Counted from the first letter of the stretch, positions 41,491 to 51,078 are shown. The stretch: DNA of 64,000 bases from Nitrospirota bacterium (GCA_963840455.1 CAWIYV010000010.1:128001-192000); one strand, 5' to 3'. Notes: generated by a model from the letters alone, not told the origin. Numbers and translations: made by a program.

Positions 41491-41706
41491 TCACACCCCT
41501 CAGGACCCGCCGTAGCCGACCGTCACCTTGCCTCCCTCGACGATCACCGGTACATTGCGCCTGCCCTGGGAGTACTTTAGCATCTCGTCGAGCTTAGCGG
41601 CGTCATGCTTCACATCAACGTAGTCCGCCTTGTCGCCGTAGGCCTCACGGGCCTTGTCGGTGTACGGTCAGCCCGATTTCCCGTAGATCGTTACCTTGTC
41701 CGCCAT
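41491..41706 (-). CDS. glutaredoxin-like selenoprotein (UXX-star type) with two in-frame UGA codons
   Basis: Manual translation MADKVTIYGKSG(U)PYTDKAREAYG...RRNVPVIVEGGKVTVGYGGS(U)GV*; RBS; a hairpin follows each UGA. Confidence 0.85.
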
Positions 41707-41831
41707 GTTCAGGCCCCCTTTTCCCGATGGTCTTTCCCGAACCGTTCTGATAAAATTGTATCATAGTAGCCTGGAAGCACCAAATTAATTTCTTTTATAT
41801 CCACGACATAGGAACAAATCTCTTTTCGTTC

Positions 41832-42440
41832 ATGTCTAATATTCCAGCTAACATCGTGGACGATGATGCGGCCCTGGTCGCGTTGGCCCAACAGGGCGAC
41901 CTGTCCGCATTTGAGGTGCTTGTGGCAAGACACCAGAAGCGGATGCTGAACATCGCATTACGTATCATCGGCGAATATGAAGATGCCTGCGAGGTGACGC
42001 AGGACGCTTTCGTCTCTGCATACAGGAACCTTAATGGCTTCCGGGCGGAAGCGAAATTCTCGACCTGGCTCACCGCCATTGCCGTGAACCTGTCGAAGAA
42101 CCGCCTGAAGCGGGTGATCATCAGGCAGAAGAGGGAACCCGTGTCGCTCGACGCGCCGATCCGGACGGACGATGGTGAGGTGATGCCTGACCCGCCATCA
42201 AAGGAACCGTCGGTGCTCGACCGAATGGAGAGGCAGGATGTGAAGCGGGCGGTCCAGGACTGCATCCAGGCCCTGGAACCAGACTTCCGCGAGGTGCTGG
42301 TGCTGCGGGATATGCAGGACTTCTCGTATGATGAGATCGGAGGCATGCTGAAGGTCGCGGCGGGCACCGTGAAATCCCGGCTGTTCCGCGCGCGGGAGTC
42401 GGTGAAGGAGTGCCTGAAGAAGGCGATGGGAAGCTTTTGA
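41832..42440 (+). CDS. ECF sigma-70 factor
   Basis: DACEVTQDAF, FSTWL, YDEIG...GTVKSRLFRAR. Confidence 0.93.
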   Translation: MSNIPANIVDDDAALVALAQQGDLSAFEVLVARHQKRMLNIALRIIGEYEDACEVTQDAFVSAYRNLNGFRAEAKFSTWLTAIAVNLSKNRLKRVIIRQKREPVSLDAPIRTDDGEVMPDPPSKEPSVLDRMERQDVKRAVQDCIQALEPDFREVLVLRDMQDFSYDEIGGMLKVAAGTVKSRLFRARESVKECLKKAMGSF

Positions 42441-42632
42441 TGACAGGAAGAGAGACAGATCAAACACCCGAACCGCGAAGGCGCGAAGGACGCGAAGGAA
42501 ATCTAGTTCAACATCCATGCATTGAATGCTGCAGTGAACCTAGCTATTATTTTAACTGAAAGAATGAGCCTTGCCTTTCTCGCGCTCGTCGCGCCTTCGC
42601 GGTGAGATGATGCTTCCTAAAAGGTGGTAGAT

Positions 42633-43712
42633 ATGGACCACAACGAAATTCGCCATAAGCTGTCGGAATACATCGACGGCGCAGTCACGCCGCAGGAGCG
42701 CTCTGCTATCGACGAGCATCTCAAGACCTGCACGACCTGTTCCGATGCCCTGGCCGAGCTACAGAAAACCATCGAGCAGGTAAAGCAGATCGAAGAGGTC
42801 GAAGCGCCGGCCTGGATGACCCAGAAGATCATGGCGAACCTACGGGCAGAGGCTGAAGGGAAGAAGGGTTTATTCAGCCGGCTGTTCTATCCCCTTGCCG
42901 TGAAGCTGCCGATCCAGGCAGCCGCCGTGCTCTTCCTGACAGTCACTGTCTACTATATATATAGCAGTATGCATCCTGCTGATACATATACGGGGGCACC
43001 CATGGGTCGGCTCGCGAAACAGGAGGCGCCGGCTAAAGCACAGGACGCTGCCAAACGCAGGGTGCCAGAAATCTCTGCAGAGCGGGAGAAGAAGGTCGAA
43101 CAGGAACCTGGTTACAAATCCCTCGATATGAAATACGAATACGAGAAGCCCGCGCCGCCGGTACCGGCTTCTCCCGAAGCAGGGATCATGACTGCCCGCG
43201 ATGAATCAGCTGCATCAGCGCCGGCAAAACGCACCGCAGAGGAGCCGGCAAAGGACAAGTATTCCCTTGAGAAACGCGCCATGGCCCCGGGGGCGGCTGC
43301 ACCGTCAATGATGGCGGAGCAGGCAGCACCGAAAGCAGGCGCTGTCCAGCATCCCGAAGCCGAACGGAAAGCACTATCCGGTAAAGGACAGGACAGGAGC
43401 ACTCTCTCAACGGACCGTGAGGCTGATGCTCTGCTTGATATCACCGAGCATTTCGCAAAGAACGATCTCCCCGAGAACATGAAGGTAAGGGGCCTGCGCT
43501 ATGCCTCCCGGAAATTCGAGAAGGACCTCGCGGACCTCCGGTGGATGCAGGTGACGAACGCTTATCGGTCCAGGCCCTGCATCAACAGATATGTGGTAGA
43601 TGTCGACCTTTCAGGGAGACCGTCAAAGTACCTCTACTGCTATGACCACTCCCGCATCACGCTCCTTGGTGTCTTCGAGCTCAACAACGGCACCTGGTCT
43701 GAAATAAAATAA
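42633..43712 (+). CDS. anti-sigma factor with zinc-finger (zf-HC2) domain
   Basis: LSEYIDG...HLKTCTTC (HxxxCxxC), one TM; follows the ECF sigma. Confidence 0.85.
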   Translation: MDHNEIRHKLSEYIDGAVTPQERSAIDEHLKTCTTCSDALAELQKTIEQVKQIEEVEAPAWMTQKIMANLRAEAEGKKGLFSRLFYPLAVKLPIQAAAVLFLTVTVYYIYSSMHPADTYTGAPMGRLAKQEAPAKAQDAAKRRVPEISAEREKKVEQEPGYKSLDMKYEYEKPAPPVPASPEAGIMTARDESAASAPAKRTAEEPAKDKYSLEKRAMAPGAAAPSMMAEQAAPKAGAVQHPEAERKALSGKGQDRSTLSTDREADALLDITEHFAKNDLPENMKVRGLRYASRKFEKDLADLRWMQVTNAYRSRPCINRYVVDVDLSGRPSKYLYCYDHSRITLLGVFELNNGTWSEIK

Positions 43713-43817
43713 CCCCGCACGGGAACTTTTCCGGAACCTCCATTGTCCAATGCCCAGAAGCGGGAAACTGGCAGCACCCGCAATATCGGGCAGAGCCCGG
43801 ACAACAGGAGGTTCCCT

Positions 43818-45266
43818 ATGGTTACCCGGTCCATCGCATCCTTCGCAGCAGCATCCCTGCTCTTGAGCAGCACCATCTTCGCCGCACCGCCGAGCCATGA
43901 CAAGCTGCAGGCCGTGACCAGCACCCTCGATGACCAGCAGTCCGTCAGCCTCACTATCTACAACACGAACCTCGGCCTCGTGAAGGATCAGCGGCAGCTC
44001 AAGCTGCCCAAGGGCGTCAATGAGCTGCGGTTCATGGGCGTTGCCTCCCAGATCATTCCTACGAGCGTGCACATCAAGTCCCTGGTCAACTCCGACAGTC
44101 TGCTCGTGCTGGAGCAGAACTACGAGTACGACCTCCTGAACCCGCAGAAGCTCCTTGACAAGTATGTGGGCAAGGAGGTGAAGCTCTTCACGAAGAATCC
44201 CTATACGGAGCGGGAAGAGGTCGTGACCGCGACGCTCTTGTCGAACAACGGCGGCCCGATCTTCAAGATCGGCGATGAGATCACCTACGGCCATCCCGGA
44301 CGTGTCATCTTCCCGGGCGTGCCCGTGGACCTGATGGCAAAACCAACGCTTGTCTGGCTTGCCGAGAACAATCTTCTGAACGGTCAGAAGATCGAGGCGT
44401 CGTACCTGACGAACGGCATCAACTGGCGATCGGACTATGTCGTCACCCTGAACGACAAGGACGACAAAGCGGACCTCGCGGGCTGGGTGACCATCGACAA
44501 TAAAAGCGGTACGACCTATCGGAACGCGAAGCTCAAGCTCGTGGCTGGTGACGTGAACCGGGTGAAGGACGAGTTGGAGTACAAACGCGGGATGCTGCAG
44601 GTCGCAGAGATGGCCGCAAAGGCGGCTGCGCCGCAGTTCAAGGAGGAATCGTTCTTCGAATACCACATCTACACGCTCCATCGACCGGCCACGGTGAAGG
44701 ACAACCAGACCAAGCAGATCAGCCTGGTCCAGGCGGACACCATCGCGGTGAAGAAGGAGCTCCTGTACCGCGGCGCGAGCTACTATTACCGCAGCCGCTA
44801 TGGCGAGGCCATGTCGAACCAGAAGGTCGGCGTGTTCGTGGAGATCGAGAACCGCGAGAAGAACCACCTGGGCATCCCGCTGCCCAAGGGAACCGTGCGC
44901 GTCTACAAGCAGGACAGCAGCGGAAGCCTGCAGTTCGTGGGCGAGGACTCGATCGACCACACGCCGAAGGACGAGAAGGTGCGCATCAAGCTCGGCGATG
45001 CCTTTGACGTGGTGGGCACCCGGAAACAGACCGACTGGAAGAAGATCGCCTATGACACGTACGAAGCGGCCTTTGAGATCTCTCTCCGGAACCACAAGAA
45101 TGAGGACGTGGTGGTGAAGGTCGTCGAGCCGATCCCCGGAGACTGGAAGATGCTCTCGGCGACCCACGAGTTCACGAAGAGCGAAGCGTTCACCGCCGAG
45201 TTCCAGGTGCCGGTTCTGAAGGATGGGGAGACGAAGGTGAGCTACCGGGTGAGGATGAGATATTAG
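43818..45266 (+). CDS. DUF4139-like exported protein
   Basis: Signal peptide, LTIYNTNLGLV, EQNYEYDL, LPKGTVRVY. Confidence 0.82.
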   Translation: MVTRSIASFAAASLLLSSTIFAAPPSHDKLQAVTSTLDDQQSVSLTIYNTNLGLVKDQRQLKLPKGVNELRFMGVASQIIPTSVHIKSLVNSDSLLVLEQNYEYDLLNPQKLLDKYVGKEVKLFTKNPYTEREEVVTATLLSNNGGPIFKIGDEITYGHPGRVIFPGVPVDLMAKPTLVWLAENNLLNGQKIEASYLTNGINWRSDYVVTLNDKDDKADLAGWVTIDNKSGTTYRNAKLKLVAGDVNRVKDELEYKRGMLQVAEMAAKAAAPQFKEESFFEYHIYTLHRPATVKDNQTKQISLVQADTIAVKKELLYRGASYYYRSRYGEAMSNQKVGVFVEIENREKNHLGIPLPKGTVRVYKQDSSGSLQFVGEDSIDHTPKDEKVRIKLGDAFDVVGTRKQTDWKKIAYDTYEAAFEISLRNHKNEDVVVKVVEPIPGDWKMLSATHEFTKSEAFTAEFQVPVLKDGETKVSYRVRMRY

Positions 45267-45353
45267 AAAAGCAGGAGATAGAGGTCAGGGCCAGGGGCCA
45301 GAGACAGAAGAAACAGCTGTATACTTCTCACCCCTGACTTCTCACCGCCTCTA

Positions 45354-46421
45354 TTACATCCACTTCTTCCTCCGGAAATAAAAGTACATGCCGACGCCGA
45401 TGGAGGCCATGATGAACCAGATGAAGTAGTATCCGTACTTCCATTCCAGCTCGGGCATGTGTTTGAAGTTCATGCCATACACGCCGGCGATGAAGGTGAG
45501 CGGCATGAAGATAGTGGCGATGATGGTCAGGACCTTCATGATAGCGTTCAGCTTGTTGCTGACGCTGGCAAGGTAAATGCCGATCATCTCAGACAGGATC
45601 TCGCGGAAGATCTCGACCGTGTCGATGGCCTGCACAACGTGGTCGTAGACATCCCGCAGATAGGGCACCGTGGAGTCCCTGATGAGCGTGGTCTCGCGCC
45701 GCGTCAGGGCGCCTGCAAGTTCGCGCACAGGCCAGATGGCCCTGTGCAGGAGCAGCAGCTCGCGCTTCAGACTGTAGATCATCTTGGCCGTGCTTTCCGA
45801 AGGCTCGGCGATCAGCTGGTCCTCGGCAAGGTCCACCTTCTCGCCGAACTTCTCGAGCACGATGAAGTAATTATCCACGATGGCGTCGAGGAGAGCATAG
45901 GCAAGATAGTCGGCGTCCATCTTCCGGATCTTGCCTTTGCCCGTCCGGATGCGTTCCCGGATGGGGCTGAACACGTCGCCCTCGATGCCCTCCTGGAAGG
46001 AAAGCACAAAGTTCGATCCCAGGATGAGGCTTATCTGCTCAGAAACGATTGCGCCGTTCTTCGGGTCCGGGGACAGCATCTTGAGCACAACGTAGATATA
46101 GTCGCCGAAGTCCTCGGTCTTGGGCCGCTGGTCCGTGCTCATGATGTCCTCCATCACCAGCCGGTGCAGGCCGAAGCACTCGCCGAGCTTTTCGAGGATC
46201 CGGGCGTCGTGCACGCCCTCGACATTGACCCAGGTGACCGTGGGCTTGTCGCGGTACGGGATGCACTGATCGACCGTGGTGAGCTCCTGTTCAGCGACCT
46301 GCTGATCGTCGTAGTCCATGACCGAGATCTTGATTACGCCACCTTTCAGGTCGCCGGTGTACACCAGTGATTCGGCGGGAAGACCCGCTTTTTTTGTTCT
46401 TTTTTTCGTTATGAATCGCAT
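45354..46421 (-). CDS. corA: magnesium/cobalt transporter CorA
   Basis: QRPK, PLTFIAGVYGMNFKHMPEL, C-terminal KKWM. Confidence 0.95.
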   Translation of the reverse strand: MRFITKKRTKKAGLPAESLVYTGDLKGGVIKISVMDYDDQQVAEQELTTVDQCIPYRDKPTVTWVNVEGVHDARILEKLGECFGLHRLVMEDIMSTDQRPKTEDFGDYIYVVLKMLSPDPKNGAIVSEQISLILGSNFVLSFQEGIEGDVFSPIRERIRTGKGKIRKMDADYLAYALLDAIVDNYFIVLEKFGEKVDLAEDQLIAEPSESTAKMIYSLKRELLLLHRAIWPVRELAGALTRRETTLIRDSTVPYLRDVYDHVVQAIDTVEIFREILSEMIGIYLASVSNKLNAIMKVLTIIATIFMPLTFIAGVYGMNFKHMPELEWKYGYYFIWFIMASIGVGMYFYFRRKKWM

Positions 46422-46435
46422 GGTTCTGGCACCGG

Positions 46436-47290
46436 TCACTGGAACTCTGCCAGCGTCCTTTCGAGCTTCGACCTGTCGAACTGCTCCAGCTTCACCAGCG
46501 GTTTCCCGCCGAGGACCGGAAGGCGCTCTTCGAAGGTCGGCCGGTCGTGCCGATAGATGATGCCGAGCGGAATGCGGTCGCCCCACTCCAGCGCCTTTTC
46601 AAATGCTTTGACGCGGTCTGTCGGATCATGTTCCGGACCAACCTTGTAGACCCGCTGGCGGTACCAGTCGTAGGTGTTCACCTTATTGAAGGACACGCAG
46701 GGCTGGAGGATGTCCACGAGCGAGAACCCCTTGTGGTTGACCGCCGCCTTCACGATGCCCTTCAGGTGCTCCGTATCGCCGGCAAAGGCCCTGGCCGCGA
46801 AGCTGCAGTCCAGCGCCACCGCGAGCGCCATGGGATTGAACTGGCCGGAGATCACGCCGAATGGCACGTTCTTCGTCACCATGCCCTCGCCCGTCGTAGG
46901 CGACGGTTGGCCCTTGGTCAGCCCGTAGATCTGGTTGTCATGGATGAAGATATTGATGTTGATGTTCCTGCGTATCGCTGCCATCAAGTGGTTGCCGCCC
47001 TCGCCATAGCAGTCTCCGTCGCCGGTCGTGACGATCACGGGCATCTCGTGGTTCGCCAGCCGGATGCCTGTGGCGACCGGAAGCGCCCGTCCGTGCAGGC
47101 CGTTGAAGGTGTTTCCTTTCGTGTAATGAGGGAACTTCGCCGCCTGGCCGATGCCGGACACAAGCATATAGCGATGGGGCTCGATGCCCAGCTCCGCCAT
47201 GGCGTCCTTGAACGTCTTCAGGATGGGGAAGTTCCCGCACCCCGGGCACCACTCAGGGACCAATCCTCGATATTCCTCTGATGTCGGCAT
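46436..47290 (-). CDS. 2-oxoacid:ferredoxin oxidoreductase beta subunit
   Basis: WCPGCGN, LHGRALP, GDGD, YGLTKGQ. Confidence 0.93.
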   Translation of the reverse strand: MPTSEEYRGLVPEWCPGCGNFPILKTFKDAMAELGIEPHRYMLVSGIGQAAKFPHYTKGNTFNGLHGRALPVATGIRLANHEMPVIVTTGDGDCYGEGGNHLMAAIRRNININIFIHDNQIYGLTKGQPSPTTGEGMVTKNVPFGVISGQFNPMALAVALDCSFAARAFAGDTEHLKGIVKAAVNHKGFSLVDILQPCVSFNKVNTYDWYRQRVYKVGPEHDPTDRVKAFEKALEWGDRIPLGIIYRHDRPTFEERLPVLGGKPLVKLEQFDRSKLERTLAEFQ

Positions 47291-47411
47291 AGTGCTCTCC
47301 TCGAGAAAATCTGAAAACGCCTTAACAAATGTAAAAAATCCTTCCCGCGGTGCCCTATTACTTGGCTCACGGTATTCTTCGTGCTGCCAGACCTGTTCCG
47401 ATCTTTGCTCC

Positions 47412-49142
47412 TTATGGCTTCTTGATCATCCCTTTCAGGTTCTCCACCAGCGATTCCACGGTGAAGGGCCTGCCGTCGTACTTGTTGAGCAGGGCACCAA
47501 ACTCGTAGCCCGTCTCGGTCTTCATCAGCCGCGCGAATTGGCCCGTGGCATTCTGCTCGACGCAGATAGTGAGCCTCGCGCCTTTAAGCAGCCCCAGGTA
47601 GTCGAGCTTCTCCGTGCCCGGGAAAGGATAGATCTCGCCGAAATGGAGCATGGCGACGCCGTAGGACCTCGACAGCTCGTCAACAGCCTCGCGCAGAAGA
47701 CCGTACAGCGAGCCCCATCCGGCGATCACGATGTCAGGGCCGTGTTCCCCGTACAGGAATGGCGGCGCGATCTCCTCCTGCATGTGCGGCAGCTTCGAGA
47801 ACATCCTCTTCTCCACCATCTTGATGCGAATATTTGCGTCTTCCGTGATGTGGCCGTCCTCACCGTGCTCGTCGCTGTCAGTCACCACCAGGTGCCGTGC
47901 GTCACCCGGCACGGCCAGCGGGCTCACGCCGTTCGAACTGTAGGCGTGGCGCTGGTAGCTTGCCAGCTTCTGGAACGCATCTCCCCGGAGGCGGTAGTCA
48001 GTGTTCCGGATCCTCTCCAGGTCGAACCCGCGGGAGGTCCACTGCGTGTCAGCAAGATAGGTGTCGAAAAGAACGAAGGCCGGGACCTGGTATTTCTCGG
48101 TAAGGTCAAAGGCCTTGTTGGTCAGGAAGAAGGCCTGCTCGGGCGTGCCAGGCGCGAAGATGAACCGGGGGAACTCACCATGCCCTGCATGAAGCGCCAT
48201 GTGGAGGTCTGCCTGCTCCGTTTTGGTCGGGAGGCCCGTGGCAGGGCCCGGCCGCTGGCCCAGGGCGATCACGACCGGTGTCTCGGTCATCGCGGCAAGG
48301 GATACCCCCTCCACCATGAGCGCGAACCCGCCGCCGGAAGTCCCGGTCATGGCGCGCACGCCCGCGAAGGACGCGCCGAGGGCCATGTTGATGGCAGCGA
48401 TCTCGTCCTCGGCCTGCTCCACCACAATGCTGTATTCCTGCTCCTTTCCCGCCAGGTAGTTCATGATGCCGGTGGAAGGCGTCATGGGGTAGGCTGAGTA
48501 GAACTTCACGCCTGACGCCAGGGCGCCTAGGGCGATTGACTCGGATCCTCCCACCAGCATGCGCGGTCCGGCCTTGTCGTCAACATTGACGGCAAAGTTG
48601 CACTTGAGGCAGCCCTTGATCGCATGGTCGTACCCGGCTAGCGCTGCGTTCCGGTTCGCCGTGACAACCTTCTCGCCTTTTTTCCTGAAGATCTCGTCGA
48701 TGATCCCCATCAGGAAGCCGAGGTCCATGTTTAGCATGCCGAGCACCGCGCCGGTGGCAACGGTGTTTGCCATGATCTTGTCGCCGCCGTGCTCTGTGGC
48801 GAGCCTGGAGAAGGGAATATCGAGGAACGCCTGCTTGTCGTGCTTCTCCTTGAGCGTGTCCGCATCGTAGATGATCTGGCCCCGTGGCGTGAGTTCGTGC
48901 TCGTGGAGCTGGATGCTTTCCTTATCAAGGGCCACGATGATGTCAACCGCCTCCTTCGGCGCCATGACCGGCTGGTCAGCGAAGCGGACCTGGTAGTAGT
49001 TATGGCCGCCGCGCACGCGGGACTCGTAGTCCTGGTTCGTGAAGACATGGAACCCGGCGCGGGCGAATACATGGCCCAGTGTATCGCCGATCGTCTGGAT
49101 GCCCTGACCCGCCTCACCGCCGATCTTGATCGTATAGTCCAT
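47412..49142 (-). CDS. 2-oxoacid:ferredoxin oxidoreductase alpha (gamma-alpha fused) subunit
   Basis: GGEAGQG, YPMTPS, QAEDEIAA, QRPGPATGLPT. Confidence 0.93.
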   Translation of the reverse strand: MDYTIKIGGEAGQGIQTIGDTLGHVFARAGFHVFTNQDYESRVRGGHNYYQVRFADQPVMAPKEAVDIIVALDKESIQLHEHELTPRGQIIYDADTLKEKHDKQAFLDIPFSRLATEHGGDKIMANTVATGAVLGMLNMDLGFLMGIIDEIFRKKGEKVVTANRNAALAGYDHAIKGCLKCNFAVNVDDKAGPRMLVGGSESIALGALASGVKFYSAYPMTPSTGIMNYLAGKEQEYSIVVEQAEDEIAAINMALGASFAGVRAMTGTSGGGFALMVEGVSLAAMTETPVVIALGQRPGPATGLPTKTEQADLHMALHAGHGEFPRFIFAPGTPEQAFFLTNKAFDLTEKYQVPAFVLFDTYLADTQWTSRGFDLERIRNTDYRLRGDAFQKLASYQRHAYSSNGVSPLAVPGDARHLVVTDSDEHGEDGHITEDANIRIKMVEKRMFSKLPHMQEEIAPPFLYGEHGPDIVIAGWGSLYGLLREAVDELSRSYGVAMLHFGEIYPFPGTEKLDYLGLLKGARLTICVEQNATGQFARLMKTETGYEFGALLNKYDGRPFTVESLVENLKGMIKKP

Positions 49143-49368
49143 AGGTCAGCCTCTTTTTAGCCGCGAATTTACACCCATTGGCAAGAACGAAAAACTGAGA
49201 AACTAACGGCAAACCTTCTCACTGCAGAGGACGCAGAGGAGATCAAAACAAGAAAAGGATAATGCAGGAAAATATCATTGAGGCAACAGCTTTTTCCTAC
49301 CTTCCTAACATCCTATCCTCGTACCATCATCAAGCGGTGAATATCGTTTTGCCACGCTTGAATGCCGC

Positions 49369-49710
49369 TTATTCAATCTCTTCCAGCTTCAGCTCCCTGC
49401 TTCCGAGCAGATGGGCGAGGAGCGCGAAACCGCCGCAGGGCGCTGCTGTGCCGCCGCTCAACACGAAATCACAGTCCGCCTCGCGGAACGCGCAGGCTGT
49501 GCACACGCGGGCCTTCAATCCCTCAAGGGTGCGCGCGTCCGGCTTCACCGAGATCCCGGGTCTTTCCTGGGACAGTTGCCTGCCTTTCTTGATGAGCCCA
49601 TGGACCACAACGAAACCCTGGCATTCGAGATCTTCATTCCTGCCCGGTTTGTAGTATTGGCAGAAGTTAACGCAGAGCGTTGTGTCCTTTTTTGCTCTTT
49701 TTCGAGACAT
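49369..49710 (-). CDS. Cys-rich hypothetical protein
   Basis: CVNFC...C...CTAC....DC...PCGG (7 Cys); TATAAT lies 6 nt before the ATG. Confidence 0.7.
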   Translation of the reverse strand: MSRKRAKKDTTLCVNFCQYYKPGRNEDLECQGFVVVHGLIKKGRQLSQERPGISVKPDARTLEGLKARVCTACAFREADCDFVLSGGTAAPCGGFALLAHLLGSRELKLEEIE

Positions 49711-49758
49711 GGGCATATTATAACAAAAAATCTAAGAACCATCGTGTATAATTGACTC

Positions 49759-50901
49759 ATGGGCTTTCATCTCACCAGACAGACAGCTCTCAAGTGGCTC
49801 GAAGCACCCTCGGTGTACCAGATCGCCCGGGACGAGGTCTATGAACTGGACGATGATTCCTTCCGCTTCCTCACCTCCTGTGCCTCCGAGGAAGGATGCG
49901 ACAATCGGGACAGCGCCTTCATCGACTACTGCCTTGAGGAGGGTCTTTTGACGCGGGAAAAGGTCGTGCTCAAGCGTCCGCACCTCAAACCTTCTCCGGA
50001 CCCTTCGCTCCGCTATCTTGAGCTGCAGCTGACCAGCCGCTGCAATCTCCGCTGCAGGCACTGTTACATCGGCGACGACACGCCCCGGGAGCTGAGCTCG
50101 GTCCAGGTCCGGGCGGTGTTGAAGGAGTTCGAGGAGATGCAGGGCCTGCGTGTGCTGCTCACCGGCGGCGAGCCCCTCCTCCACTCCCGGTTCGATGAGA
50201 TCAACGAGATGCTCCCCGACTTGTTCCTCAGGAAGGTCCTGTTCACCAACGGCGTCCTGCTCAAGAAGGACGTGCTGAATCGCCTCAAGGTCCACGAGAT
50301 CCAGGTGAGCATCGATGGTATGGCGGCAGCGCACGACGCCCTTCGCGGCGCCGGTACATGGGACGTCGCGCTCGACGCTGTGCGACGCGCCCTGGACGCC
50401 GGATTCGAGGTCTCGGTCTCGACCATGGTCCATGCCGGGAATCTCGGCGATTTCGATCCCATGGAAAAGCTCTTTAAATCACTCGGCATCAAGGACTGGA
50501 CCGTCGACGTGCCCTGCACCGCAGGGAGGCTGAGGGACAACCGTGAGCTGACGGTCAGTCCCGAGGTGGGCGGAAAATATCTCGGCTACGGATATGGCGG
50601 CGGGATGCACGCCACGGGACCGGGGTATGCCTGCGGCCTGCATCTCATGGCCGTACTGCCCGACGGCACCGCAGCGAAGTGCACCTTCTATGGGGACCGG
50701 TCAGTCGGCACCATCGGCGAGGGGCTTCATACCTGCTGGCAGCGCATCCGTCCCGTCAGGCTCGATAGCCTCGATTGCAGGTGCGAATATCTCGAAGCCT
50801 GCCGCGGCGGATGCCGGTACCGCGCAGAGCTCCTGAAAAATCCCCAAGGGAGGGACCTGTACCGCTGTTCGCTCTATGGGGTCATTGACAAAGCAGGATA
50901 G
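49759..50901 (+). CDS. radical SAM/SPASM enzyme with N-terminal extension (putative RRE); candidate peptide maturase
   Basis: CNLRCRHC, TGGEP, C-terminal CG...PDG...C...C-C..C.GGC...C SPASM-type cysteines. Confidence 0.88.
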   Translation: MGFHLTRQTALKWLEAPSVYQIARDEVYELDDDSFRFLTSCASEEGCDNRDSAFIDYCLEEGLLTREKVVLKRPHLKPSPDPSLRYLELQLTSRCNLRCRHCYIGDDTPRELSSVQVRAVLKEFEEMQGLRVLLTGGEPLLHSRFDEINEMLPDLFLRKVLFTNGVLLKKDVLNRLKVHEIQVSIDGMAAAHDALRGAGTWDVALDAVRRALDAGFEVSVSTMVHAGNLGDFDPMEKLFKSLGIKDWTVDVPCTAGRLRDNRELTVSPEVGGKYLGYGYGGGMHATGPGYACGLHLMAVLPDGTAAKCTFYGDRSVGTIGEGLHTCWQRIRPVRLDSLDCRCEYLEACRGGCRYRAELLKNPQGRDLYRCSLYGVIDKAG

Positions 50902-50913
50902 AATTGTTACTAT
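50885..50913 (+). promoter_or_regulatory. sigma70 promoter for the small peptide gene
   Basis: TTGACA-N17-TACTAT overlapping the radical SAM stop region. Confidence 0.7.
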
Positions 50914-50941
50914 TCAATCAATGATGAAAGGAGGAGGCACC

Positions 50942-51004
50942 ATGTCCATTAAAAAGGTAGCAAAGACCGCGGCAACGACGTGCAAGTGCAAAAGCTCCTG
51001 CTAG
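50942..51004 (+). CDS. 20-aa Cys-rich peptide, putative RiPP precursor
   Basis: MSIKKVAKTAATTCKCKSSC*; strong RBS AAAGGAGGAGG; promoter before and terminator after. Confidence 0.75.
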   Translation: MSIKKVAKTAATTCKCKSSC

Positions 51005-51035
51005 CAGCACGCGACATCGCGCTCCAAACAATACG

Positions 51036-51071
51036 AGCTCGGGAATATCTTCCCGAGCTCTTGTTTTTTTC
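51036..51071 (+). terminator. intrinsic terminator after the peptide gene
   Basis: GAGCTCGGGAA-TATC-TTCCCGAGCTC followed by TTGTTTTTTTT. Confidence 0.85.
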
Positions 51072-51078
51072 TGACATG

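Noticed and set aside
51002-51035. Stop read-through (pyrrolysine) of the peptide TAG
   Set aside because: No pyl genes in the window and a terminator follows within about 30 nt.
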